NCBI GenBank assembly: GCA_010093605.1
Contig: MU004184.1
Coordinates: 816,801 to 880,800, forward strand
Direction: 5' to 3'
DNA: 64,000 nucleotides
From: Lophium mytilinum
Lineage: Eukaryota
Below are positions 13,002 to 24,087 of the stretch, piece by piece; the stretch's first letter is position 1, and every line of letters starts with the position of its first letter. Below the pieces are notes generated by a model. It did not search any database and was not told the DNA's origin. It worked only from the letters and a program-made list of their open reading frames with translations. The translations under genes were made by a program, and so were the position numbers.

Positions 13002-14723
13002 TCAGTTAGTCTTCACGGGATGAAGCGCTAGATTCGGAGCCCAAATTCTCCCTTCCGCATCTTTATGCAATATGAATGGCAGCTCCTCGTTCTCCTTTGG
13101 ATCCAACCAATTCCGGAAGATATACGCAGGGAAGGGCGAGCTCCACCACCAAGTTGCCGTGTTTGTAATGTCGTAGTGAGGTCTTGCATTGTAGAACCCA
13201 TCCCCTTTAGCCATAGCACCGCGGCTAGCATTAGGCGGGCCGCCATTGAAAAAGATATCCATCTCCTTAAGATCTCGCAGGGGATTCTGGTACATTGGCT
13301 GCGGGGGAAAGACGATTTTGAGTCCGTGCCAGAGTGCGAAGGACGAGACCGTTGCTTCCGAAGGTATCGTGAGACCCTTATCAGCCTGCGCATCGTGTGC
13401 CGCGGCCAGAAGACGATACGAAGTGCGTGTGATAGCCGGTGCGCAGAAGATCCGTGGCGTATCCACGCCGTTCTGGAAGTTGTGTATCCAGTCTCTATAC
13501 ACCCAGTCCTCCGTCCACGTGACGTTGGAGCAAGGGTTCGTAGCAATAAGGTCTGCGTCTTCACCAACGCCCCAGGAAAAGTCGTCCTCTTGGGAAGAGC
13601 CGGTTGGTTTTGGCCCCACAGGCTCGACATCTGGAATATTGACAGCGCCCCATACTCCGCCGCCATTCAGAGTGGCGTCTATCAGGGATGTGAAATTAGC
13701 ATAGGTACCGTGTATCGACGGTATGTAGAGATATGAAGACCGTTCTATGCTCTGCTTTCGAGGTTGCTTCCGTGCAAAAGTGTTCAGAGCATCCAGATAG
13801 TGGGCTGTGTGCCCTGTGAATCGGACGTCGAGCTCGAGTTGCCAGAAATGGTCATACTCCGGATAATAGTACGCAAAGAGTTGCAGCGGCTGATAGATTT
13901 GGAAGTTGGGATGATGTGTCGCGGTTTTTGGATACCAGTTTTCCAGCAAGGTCTCATCGAAGAGCACAGCAATGCTACGTAGCTCGACAGGCACAAATTT
14001 TTCGAGCGCTGCGGTGTAATTGGCCTCCGACATATAGATCTCGTGCTCCTTTTCGCGTATATGGACGAGGAGGTAGACGGCATAATTTCCACTGGTGCTC
14101 AAGCCGGCTTCAACGATAAGAGATCGGATGTTCAACAGGTCCTCCGGAGCGTAATTATACGTGTCATAGCCTCTCAAAACAATGGCTGTCCGACCGGTTG
14201 CCTTTTCGGGTCTTGGCCAAACGAAGCCGGGATTTGGGACCATTCGGCCTCGTGAAGAGACATTTGCAACTGCACCGAAGCGGTCTTGATTTTGTGCAGC
14301 ACAGTCGTCTTGCAGTCTTCCCCAGTCAACGTGCTCCCAGTCCACCTTCTTCCTATTATAGTCCTCACGTTCGTCTCCATAGCCGTAGGGTCCATACTTG
14401 ATGTCTGCCGTCATCCATGTCTGGGAAAGTGAGAGTTCGTCATGCGAGCCGAAGGGAGCAACAGGATAGGCTTTTAAAAGTCAGCGCCCGTCAAACAGAA
14501 AATGTTTCGGCTTTTTACGAATTTTAAGGTCAATTGGGATGACCTGATCATCAGAGCTATTGGAGAGCAGAGAGCCTCGCGGTCCACAACACACGATTGG
14601 CTTGTAAACGGGTTTGTTGGCCCAAGGCCGCTGTCGCAGCGTATCTCGGGACACTGGCAGATAATAGAGGGCCAGCAATATGGCTAGGAATATGATGACA
14701 GAAGCATACCGACGCGTGAACAT
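13002..14723 (-). CDS. DUF3405-family type II membrane protein
   Basis: Exon 1 14723-14519 with an N-terminal TM helix, intron 14518-14471, exon 2 14470-13002. Motifs YGPYGY, GRTAIVLRGYD, VYLLVH, YDHFWQLELDVRFTGH, GEDADLI, LHPVK. Confidence 0.8.
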
Positions 14724-15928
14724 GCTTGAAACAGCGGCAAATGAGGGTAGGGAAGGAGAGAAGTGGAAGGAAGCGCAAACTTGTAAGCGTTCTAACTACG
14801 TAGACAAAGCCAAGGCAGCTACAAGGACTTAGAGTGGGTCCGGATCGCAGCCCTTAACGGCACAGCAAACAGCCACAGGCCAGGTGGGCCAGGCTAGACG
14901 GTTCATGTTCCAAGGTCTATCGAGTGATGCTAGGCGTAATGGAGAACCGCCGGGAGCCTGCGTTAGCTTATCGAGCAATTATAATTGGATAAGGCCGCAC
15001 AGCACAGCCACATGCTGGGATAGGCCTCACGTTACCAACTATATCTTGAAGCTGTGAAACTTAGAAGGCTATAGGAAATATATTGATAAGTTCCGAGGGC
15101 AGATTTGAAGGCGAAGACATTTGGGACGCGAAGAAGTTCGTGGTGTTACCGACTGCGCACTACGAAGTAATCCAACCTTTCTGACGACTGGCTGGTGGCG
15201 CCACTCAATTGCAAGATAGCTGGTGAGAAAACTGGTTCAAAACATAGCTAAACGGAGGAATATGGTGTTCCGTATTGTAGACGGAGAGAAAACAATGTTG
15301 CTCTAGAGGGAAGACCGGGATATAACGTACTGTGTCTAGCGTCTCCCGCAATGCTGTGTCACGCATCTGAAAAGCACCAAAGTGCTTTCTACGGCAATGC
15401 AACAAACGCAAAAAGGACAACACCTCAGGTCACTTAAATCTGCATTCATATTAAACGTCTTATATTACAGAAAGCGAAGCCAAGAAAGGCTGAAGACAGT
15501 CTATCGACTTTGGGCGACGTCAGAGCACTAGACAAATTGTCACACTCCAAGATGTAAGCAGCGCACAGCAAAATGGGGAACATCTAGTTTGATATTCGCA
15601 GTTGTCTACACTAATAAAAGTATCCCCGGCCAATGAGATGCTACAAAAAGGCTAGCTTAATTCAAAGACCCAAGTTCCGCAAAAGATCCAGAGGTAGAAA
15701 CGCCAGCCCCGCTCAAACAAGAAACTATGGATGTGTCTCCAAGTCGACTATGTTCGAGCCTGATGTTGGAAAAATATCAATGTGAAAGAAAAGTTTTCGT
15801 TGTAAGGGTGATGTGCCGGGAATAGTAGAAGGGAAAAAATAGAAGCACCAGGTCCGTTGTGTTCTTGCCGCATGGTTGCCTAGAAAGATGGCAGCTTTTT
15901 TTCCATGCTTTGGTCCTTATGACGAGGT

Positions 15929-16940
15929 TTAGTTCTCCTCACGCTTGGTCTTGCTGCAAGATTGGCCGGGAAGATGGCAACCCGCTGGGGGGCGGGCCTC
16001 GGCGGCAGCCTCAGCCTCACGCTTTTCCTTGGAGCAAGATTGACCGGGGAGATGGCAACCCGCTGGTCGGCGGGCCTCAGCCTCGGCGGCAGCCTCAGCC
16101 TCACGCTTTTCCTTGGAGCAAGATTGACCTGGGAGATGGCAACCCGCTGGGGGACCAGCCTTGGCGGCAGCCTCAGCCTCACGCTTTTCCTTGGAGCAAG
16201 ATTGACCTGGGAGATGGCAACCCGCTGGGGGGCCGGCCTTGGCGGCAGCCTCAGCCTCACGCTTTTCCTTGGAGCAAGATTGGCCTGGGAGATGGCAACC
16301 CGCCGGCGGGCGTGCCTCAGCGGCAGCTTCAGCCTCGCGCTTTTCTTTGGAGCAAGATTGGCCTGGGAGATGGCATCCTGCTGGGGGGCGTGCCTCAGCG
16401 GCAGCTTCAGCCTCGCGCTTTTCCTTGGAGCAAGATTGGCCGGGGAGATGGCATCCTGCTGGGGGGCGTGCCTCGGCCGCGGCGATGGGCTCAGGATCTA
16501 GATTAGATCAGCTTAACGCTTCTCTTCCTGCTGCAAGATTGACCAGGAAGATGACAACCCCAAAATTTTCTGGTGGCCACAGGCTCAGGGTCTGCCACGG
16601 GTTCAGCCTCGCGCTTGTCCTTGCTGCAAGACTGGCCCGGAAGATGGCAACCCCAGAACTTTCTGGCGGCCTCAGGCTCAGGGTCTGCCACAGGCTCAGC
16701 CTCGCGCTTGTCCTTGCTGCAAGACTGGCCTGGAAGATGGCAACCCCAGAACTTTCTGGTAGGAAGGGGTTCGGGCTCAGGGATGGGCATAGGCTCAGCC
16801 TCGCGCTTGTCTTTGCTGCAAGACTGGCCTGGGAGATGACAACCCCAAAATTTCTTACCAGCTACGGCGACGGGCTCCGGAAGAGCCGCACGCTTGTCCT
16901 TGCTGCAAGACTGGCCTGGGAGATGGCAACCCGCTGGGGG
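15929..16940 (-). repeat. Coding tandem repeat array of 12 GCHLPGQSCS units
   Basis: Units about 78-84 bp in 15929-16497 (7 copies), about 87-93 bp in 16520-16858 (4 copies), plus 1 copy near 16890-16945. Confidence 0.95.
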
Positions 16941-17009
16941 GCCGGGGATCGCGAGAGCGTGGGCGCTGGCAGCTAGGATAGCGGCGGCGATGACGGCGGT
17001 GAACTTCAT
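15929..17009 (-). CDS. ppg1: Alpha-factor-like peptide pheromone precursor, predicted spliced isoform (exon 1 17009-16859, exon 2 16497-15929; 239 aa; 8 x [R/G]PPAGCHLPGQSCS-type repeats)
   Basis: Signal peptide MKFTAVIAAAILAASAHALA. Donor G|GTAAGA at 16858 and acceptor CTGATCTAATCTAG|AT at 16498 give the in-frame junction AVA-D-PEPIAAAEARPPAGCHLPGQSCSKEKR. Seven repeats in exon 2 with KR sites and EA/AA/KA dipeptide spacers, ending KTKREEN-TAA. The CHLPGQxC core resembles Aspergillus PpgA WCHLPGQGC. Confidence 0.8.
16503..17009 (-). CDS. ppg1: Alpha-factor-like pheromone precursor, unspliced (intron-retained) isoform; 168 aa; 1 x GPPAGCHLPGQSCS + 4 x KFWGCHLPGQSCS
   Basis: Uninterrupted ORF with signal peptide, Kex2 KR sites and XA/XP dipeptide spacers (EAEPVADPEPEA, EAEPMPIPEPEPLP). 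Stop TAA at 16505-16503. Confidence 0.85.
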   Translation of the reverse strand: MKFTAVIAAAILAASAHALAIPGPPAGCHLPGQSCSKDKRAALPEPVAVAGKKFWGCHLPGQSCSKDKREAEPMPIPEPEPLPTRKFWGCHLPGQSCSKDKREAEPVADPEPEAARKFWGCHLPGQSCSKDKREAEPVADPEPVATRKFWGCHLPGQSCSRKRSVKLI

Positions 17010-17148
17010 GTTGATTGGTATCGAGGGAGTGTGTTTGAAAAAGTGAGTGATGAAGAGTTTGTCTTCGTGTAATGAGTGGTGTGTCTGTCGGAAGAGAGGG
17101 ACTTGAATGATCTGGATGAGTTAGAAGTCGAGGAGCAGCGTAGAAAGG

Positions 17149-17155
17149 TTTTATA
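17149..17155 (-). promoter_or_regulatory. Putative TATA box of the pheromone precursor gene
   Basis: TATAAAA on the minus strand about 140 bp upstream of the ATG at 17009. Confidence 0.55.
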
Positions 17156-17178
17156 TGGAAGAAAGGACCTTGCCGACC

Positions 17179-17627
17179 GTCAATAGCGGAATATAAAGCC
17201 GAATAAGGGTTGAAGGCTCTCAATAAAGACTCGAATAAGCTAGAGGATCCTAGGGGCGAGAGGTACCGGGCCAATAGGAAAGTTGAGTTCTGGATCGTCT
17301 CTCAATAAGGATCAATAGTGGCAATGAATAGGCCAGTGAGCCGGGGTACTCGCGGGCTCCGGGGGGCAAAGGCTTCTTCGGCAGATGCTCCTGACCACGA
17401 GGACGGCGCTGCTACTAGTCGATGAGGGGCGGTACTCGAAGAATGGATGAATTAGCGCCTTATGGACCGAGTTCTTGGACACCTTGGACAAGAGGACCTT
17501 TGAAGAAAGAAGATGATAATCAAAGGTATAAGTAGGATAAAGGAATAGGAAGCAATGGACGGTTGGTGGTGAGGAAGGCAAACTTAGAAGCATTACCGCA
17601 TTTGGGTTTCAATAAGCTCTCAATAAG
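17179..17627 (-). promoter_or_regulatory. Cluster of six co-oriented TCAATA[A/G] (minus strand [C/T]TATTGA) motifs, candidate MAT1-1-1 alpha-box binding sites
   Basis: TCAATA starts at 17180, 17220, 17302, 17312, 17609 and 17620. Resembles the CTATTGAG motif described for Eurotiomycete MAT1-1-1. Confidence 0.6.
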
Positions 17628-18422
17628 AATCTGGAAGTCTTGGCATCCCCGAGGTCGCAACGCCACCCAGAAGCCGCGTTCGAGCCATTCAAGTCAAGGC
17701 TATAGAAAAATCTTTGATTCTAGATCGGCAAGTGGGTTGCACTGTGTAGGGTACACGCAAATGCCGACGAGCGCGTGCTGTTAGTCCGTCCACGTGGCAG
17801 CCGGGACTCGTGGTTCGATTTGAAGAGCAATCAAATAATTACAGGCTTCTAGAATATCGTACTACTTGTTGATACAGCCACATCTAGAGCATGCAAGCGC
17901 ATTGGCTGCCGTGGAGGTGTGCGTTTCCGTGGGTTCGGTCAGTGGAGCACTTGCCGAGCATTCGGATGAGGCTGGTTATGAAAAAGACGCAGTATTACGA
18001 CGAAATATAGACTGAGCAAACTCGTGCAGGCTCAAAATTCTCATTTGGATAGATTGATGTTGCGCATTTAATGAAAAGAGGAGATTGTGACGACGAAATG
18101 GCGCGAGGCACCACGAGACAGCCATGTAAGATCTTGCACGAATTTGATTATCTGATAAGCACACGTCATGGCTAATTGCCATGCATGACAAATGTCGTAG
18201 AGGACTGAGGCATGTTGGTGGTAGGAAGAGAGCGTGAAGCATCGAGGAGGAGGGCGATCAGGATTCGAGGCGAGCACGTGAGGTGAGGTTGTAAAAAGCT
18301 CGGCCTAGTAAACCGCACGGACCACATCCCACGCGACTTGTTCGGCAGGGACGTAGCATCCGCTCGACGGCGTTGAAGGACGGCAAACAACTTTCCAGCG
18401 AGCGTCGAGCAAGAACGTGGCG

Positions 18423-20417
18423 ATGCTTCCACGAGCATTCAACCCGAGGAGTCTAGCAAGTGTATCCCGATTGGCCCCATGGACATGCGCGTCCTGCAAA
18501 ATTCGGGCCACCACAGCTCGCCCATACTCTGCGCAGACACAGGTCGCTGAGAAGCCGTACTATATTACCAGCCCGATATTCTATGTCAATGCTGGTATGG
18601 AGCTCCTCAGTGGGAACTTGTGTCTCTTACTAACCTTTATCAGCTCCTCATGTCGGCCACCTGTATACAATGGTCCTCACGGACATCCATAAACGATGGC
18701 AGCTTCTGCAGGGCAAAAAGGCAATACTGTGCACTGGGACAGATGAGCATGGCATGAAGGTGACCTATATTGCTCATCCTAGTCAATTGATTAGGCCATG
18801 CTGATTCCATGTTTGGTAGTAGATACAACAAGCCTCTGCAAAAGCCGGCATGGAGCCAAAACCGTTTTGCGACAAAGGCGCCGAAGTCTTCAAAGTAGGC
18901 TGCAAAGACTGCCTGATGCAACATCTCCTTTCTAATACTTGCATAGAGCCTTGCGCAGAGAGCCGAGATCCTCAACGACCATTTCGTACGAACGACCGAT
19001 AAAGAGCATCGAGAAGCTGTGGAATACGCCTGGTTTCTGCTCCAGGAGGCCGGCTATATATACACAGCCAAGCATGAAGGCTGGTACTCTGTCAGCGATG
19101 AAACCTTTTACCCTCAGTCTACGGTACAGCTCTACCTTGAGCCTGCAACGGGTCGGAAGATTATGGTAGGCGGAGATACGAGACTTGCTCTCTGGACTGG
19201 CTAACATGCGGCTAGACCTCAATCGAAACGGGGAAGGAGGTGGAGTGGACATCAGAGATAAACTATCACTTCAAACTATCGGCATTCAAGCAGCAACTAC
19301 TCGACTTCTACAAGCAGAACCCGAAATGGATAGTTCCCGAGCACCGCATGAAAGAAGTCGTCCAAGCCGTCGAGTCTGGGCTCGAAGACCTTTCCATTTC
19401 GCGCCCCTCCGACCGTCTGACTTGGGGCATACCGGTTCCAGAAGACGAAAGTCAGACCATATACGTCTGGCTAGACGCGCTGATGAATTATGTCACTAAA
19501 GCCGGCTACCCCTGGCCGCCTGGGAAGGAACAGGCTGGAGGCTGGCCGGCTGACTGCCAGGTCATTGGAAAGGACATTGTTCGCTTTCACTGTATCTACT
19601 GGCCGGCTTTCCTTTTGGCTCTTGGTCTTCCACTTCCAAAGCACGTCCTCACCCACGCGCATTGGACATTAGGCAAGGCAAAAATGGCAAAGTCCACTGG
19701 CAACGTCGTAAACCCTTTCTTCGCAATCGATCGCTTCGGAATAGACGTCATGCGCTTCTACCTTGCCCACGATGGCGGTATAGTCGACGACGCTGATTAC
19801 AGCAACTACCACATCATTGAGCGGTACAAGCATACCTTGAATGGAAGCCTCGGAAACCTCGCTAGCCGCGTAATAAGAGGGAAAGGCTGGAACGTTAGCC
19901 GAGCTGTGAGGCGATGGGCCGCAACAACTGACGAGAAAGAATTTAGGGACGGTGCTGCACAGACCCATTACGTGGCTATCAAGTCTGCACAATTAGCTGT
20001 TCAAAATTGCATGGACGAGTTGGATGCTCGCGGCGCAGTGCAAGCGATCGTGCAGCTGATACAAACTGTGGGTAGCTCCCTTTCCAGTGGGCCGAATATG
20101 ATACTGATCTTGTACAGACAAACGCGTATTTCTCGAACTCGAGTCCGTGGAATCGAGTGAAAGAATCGGGCACAGAAGCTGAAGTGGACACGATTATTTA
20201 TCTCTCCTCAGAAAGTTTACGCGTTGCTGGCATCTTGCTTCAGCCGGTCATGCCCAACAAATCCGCTCTGCTCCTCGATATGCTCGGTGTCGACGAGAAG
20301 CATCGGTCCTTCGATTACGCAGAGCCGGGAAAAGACGCCGAGTACGGTGTCAGCAAAGTACCACTAGGGAAGGGGCTGGAGGGAACGCTTTTCCCGCCTC
20401 TCGACAGCAATCTATGA
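18423..20417 (+). CDS. MSM1: Mitochondrial methionyl-tRNA synthetase (6 exons)
   Basis: Arg/Ser-rich presequence. YITSPIFYVNAAPHVGH (HIGH), TGTDEHGMK, DLSISRP..LTWGIPVP, IYVWLDALMNY, IGKDIVRFHCIYWPAFL, KMAKSTGN. Five GT-AG introns restore a continuous frame. Confidence 0.95.
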
Positions 20418-20530
20418 TACCATCTGCACCATAACCTGTAATATAGTCCTACAAACTTGTACAACAAACAATCCTAAGATACCTTTCCAGACACCAGATA
20501 CCGAACACCTTTGCAGCCGTGAGACGCCCG

Positions 20531-23500
20531 TTACAATTGCTCAATTCCCTTTACGAGTCTCTCTAGACTCTCTTCTCCACCACTCTGCATGAAACCCTGA
20601 ACAATCCTCGACCTAGCAATCAGTCAGTAACGTGCTATATGCCAGCTCCACGCAAAGAAGTTGAACTCACATATTCCCCACCTTCTCAGCCCCCATTCGA
20701 GCCTCCAGTTCTCGACTCTTAACTGCTGCGACCTCCAAGACACCCTCTGGCACCTTCGCAAGCCTCGCAACATTCAGCCCGTAACTCCGATGCGCGACCC
20801 CGTCACCGACCTCGTACAAAAACACAATCTCCTTTCCACCCTCCCTACTCTCCTCAAACTTAACATGCACATTCTTCAACTCCCCCGCAAAGCGTTCCTC
20901 AATCCTGCTCATATTCTGATAATGCGTGATGAACAGCGTCAACGCCTGGATATCTCTAACAACATAATCCAGCACCGCCTCCGCGATAGCCACACCGTCG
21001 AACGTGCTGGTTCCGCGCCCGAGCTCATCGAGAATGACGAGCGAGCGCTTCGTAGCGGATTTCAGGATGTCCGCCGTCTCGGACAGCTCGACCATGAAGG
21101 TGCTCTCGCCCTTGAGCATGTTGTCGAAGGCGCCCATGCGGGTGAAGACGGCGTCGAGCATGCCGAGCTTGGCGGATTCGGCGGGGACGTAGCTGCCGAT
21201 TTGGCCCATGATGGCGATGAGGGCGCCGGAGCGGACGTAGGAGGACTTGCCGCCCATGTTGGGGCCTGTGATGAGGAGGGCGCGCGTGCCGTCGTTGCGG
21301 AGAGAGAGAGGATTCGGCACATAGGAGTCGAGGAGGAGTTGCTCTACCATCGGATGCCGTCCGCCGACGATGTCAAGCTCGATTTCGGAAGTGAAGGATG
21401 GCTTGACGTAGCCGGGCTGCGAGGCCAGTGCCGCGAGGGAGAGGAGAGCGTCCAGGGTCGCGAGGGCATGGACACAGTCGCGAAGTGTCTGGTACTTTGC
21501 TGCAATCTCGTCGAGGAGGGAGAGGAAGGCGGCATCGCAGGCGGCAGCGAGGGCCTCCTTGTGTTGATCACGCTCTCGTACCATTTTGACAACTTCTGGA
21601 GTGTGGAATCGAGACACTGCCTTAGTTCCACTGATCTTGGCCCACGATGCAGGGACGTTCTTAATCTCGTTATTTTTGACCTCGATGAGATATTCAATGC
21701 CGGAGACGGTGACATAGTCAACTTTGCCCTTCTTGATCTTCGAGGCAGCTACCGCGCGGTGCTCGTTGAGCTCGTGCTCGACAGCTGCAATGCCCATTTT
21801 ACGTTCCATTACGTCCTCGGTTTCGTGCTCCTCGCGGAAGAAAGAGTACTTGTCGTCTTCCTTTGCCGCCTGTGGGTTGATCTTCTCCAGAAAGCTTACG
21901 ATGTCATCCGATATCTTTGGCAGACTTGCAATAGCATCATTGATGACAGAGGACGAGAATCCAGCCTTATCAGGGGTGTCCACATGCGCGTACTCGTTGG
22001 CAATTCGTTGAAGTATCTGGAGCGCTCCAAGAAGCTCGGACCGGGTGCACTTTTTGTAATAGATGCGAATCAAAACTTTCTCGAGATCGACTTTGATGTT
22101 TCTGAAAAGATGTTTCAGCTTATCAACGCGGATAGTATTCTCACCATCCTTCAGCTCTTCGACAGCCTCAATCCGCTGCTCTAATCGGGTTTTATCGAGA
22201 AGCGGCCGGCCTACCCAATTTCTGAGCAACCGGCGCCCGAATCGGGTTCTCGTCCTGTCCATGGTCCAGAATAAGCTACCTTTCTCTGTGTGGTCTGTCT
22301 GATTTTGATAAATCTCCAGACTCGACAAAGTGTTTCCGTTAAGAAGCATATGTGATCGTGCGCTGAACGGCTGGAAGTATTTTGTAAGATCGAAGACATG
22401 CTCTAGTCCATACTCACTCATGTGAGTGATCATTGCGGAAAGGCATATAGTGACGTGCTCAGAGAGCTGGTGAGACTGGTCGAGAACAGCTCTTTTGCTA
22501 TCAGAATCCGCATCAACGCCTTGTTTTACTTTACCAGCGTAGAAGTTGGTAATGTGACTGTAAGACTGCGCAGCCATTGTCTTCGGTTTATCGACTCGTT
22601 CTACTCGGGCTCTGTCGCCGAAGACATTCGTTTTACTTGCCGCAAGGTGCTGGATGAGCTTGTCCGTAGCTTTTGATAGATCTCCCACGATCAAGAACTC
22701 GCATGGAGCAATGTGAAGGAGTCGTGTCTCAATCTCACTCCTCATGAAGCCGTCCTCAAAGTCATCGTATATGATATCGCCTGTAGCAGGCTGAACAGCA
22801 ATGATGCCCACTTGGACCTTTTCGTCAGTACCCCATCCTTTGGCATTGCTTTCCGTGAGACACAACAAGTATCCGGTGGTTGGTGCTGCGGCACCGGCTG
22901 CTGTATCCGGTCCCTCCAGAGTTTCTACATCATCAACGTACGTGCCTTTCGTGTAGAGGTTTGTTAGTTTGCGCACGAAAGGGGCATTTCGATTATCTCC
23001 GGCTGCTTTCAGGGCTGCTGTTTCGATCTGACGAACAACGCCAACTTTATGATTTGCCTTGACTAGTCGTTTGACATGGACCTGGAGTCGATGCACGGGA
23101 AAACTTGCAGAGGCGAACCGGTTGATGTGAGCTTCGGACGGATCTGATTCAGATTAGCACGACTATTGTTAGCTTCATGAACGAAGATGAATGATAGAAC
23201 GTACGTTCATCGTATCTGAATTTGCCAGGAATGCAGACAATGCCTAGTTCCTTCGAGGCAATTCTTGCATCTTCTCCAAAGAACTTGAATTTGTATCCGA
23301 CCTCCATGACGATAATAGCATCCAGATGCTTGTTTTTTATCTCCAGGTATTGTTTCTCCATTGGTGTCAACTTTGAGCCATTCTTCTTTGCGGCAGCGCC
23401 CTTCTTTCCTTTTGTTGGCTTCGGAGGTACCTCCTCTTCTTCGCCTTCGTCGTCTTCGCCCTCTGGCCCTTGAGCGCGTTCCTCCGTCTCCTCTGATATG

Positions 23501-24087
23501 AAATTATTCCTCCGCTTGATCTCCGCAATGCTGTCCGGCCTGCCTAACCTCTTGACAAATCGCTCATGGAGCTTTTCCTTGCGCTTTCGGTCTTCCAGGG
23601 TATCCTCATCCTCGTTCTCATCTTGAACTGGGGAGCTAGAGAATATGTATTTGGAGGTCCTAGCTGAGGCTTCAGGTCGTTTCGCTGCATTGACACCCGC
23701 GGCGGACGCCTGGCCCAGCGAATTGCGATGCCCCGTAGATTCGTCCGCCATTATTCCGTTCCTCCCATTCGCCTTGTTGCCATCACTGACAATCTGTCGC
23801 GGTTTTTTGGGTACCGGAGATAGATCCTCGTCATCTTCCTCGTCTGGTATCCGCTTCCGTCGGGAGGGAATCTTCTGTGGTATCACAACATCTTCTTCGT
23901 CGGAGCTCGCAGTTAACGCGTCGTTTCTCGACTCGTTAGCGGGCGACGACGGAGAGACGGTCGGTGGCTTTGGGGCGGCGGTAGTTTTGGGCGTCGCAGA
24001 AGGTTTGGGCGTGAAGAAACTTGATATGGATTGCTGCTTCTTTGCCTGAGATGATGTGGGCTGCGACGAGCCTTTCGGGGGGGCCAT
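20531..24087 (-). CDS. MSH3: DNA mismatch repair protein MSH3 (MutS-beta)
   Basis: Exons 24087-23205, 23143-~20671, ~20612-20531. N-terminal PIP-box-like [17 protein letters not shown]...[32 protein letters not shown] (Walker A), [33 protein letters not shown]. Confidence 0.95.

Noticed and set aside
16498..16505. Stop-codon readthrough or sequencing error joining the two pheromone arrays
   Set aside because: The second array is in a different frame and a second in-frame stop (TGA) follows the TAA. Canonical splice signals explain the junction exactly.
15929..16940. Regularly spaced repeats as a possible CRISPR array
   Set aside because: Eukaryotic context; unit lengths are multiples of three, spacers are not unique, and the array is protein-coding.
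15859..16976. Repetitive plus-strand ORFs (15859-16506, 15962-16501, 16239-16976) and minus ORF 15880-16260
   Set aside because: Antisense or off-frame shadows of the pheromone repeat array, with no signal peptide or processing logic.
20661..22184. 507-aa plus-strand ORF
   Set aside because: Antisense shadow of the GC3-rich MSH3 coding sequence.
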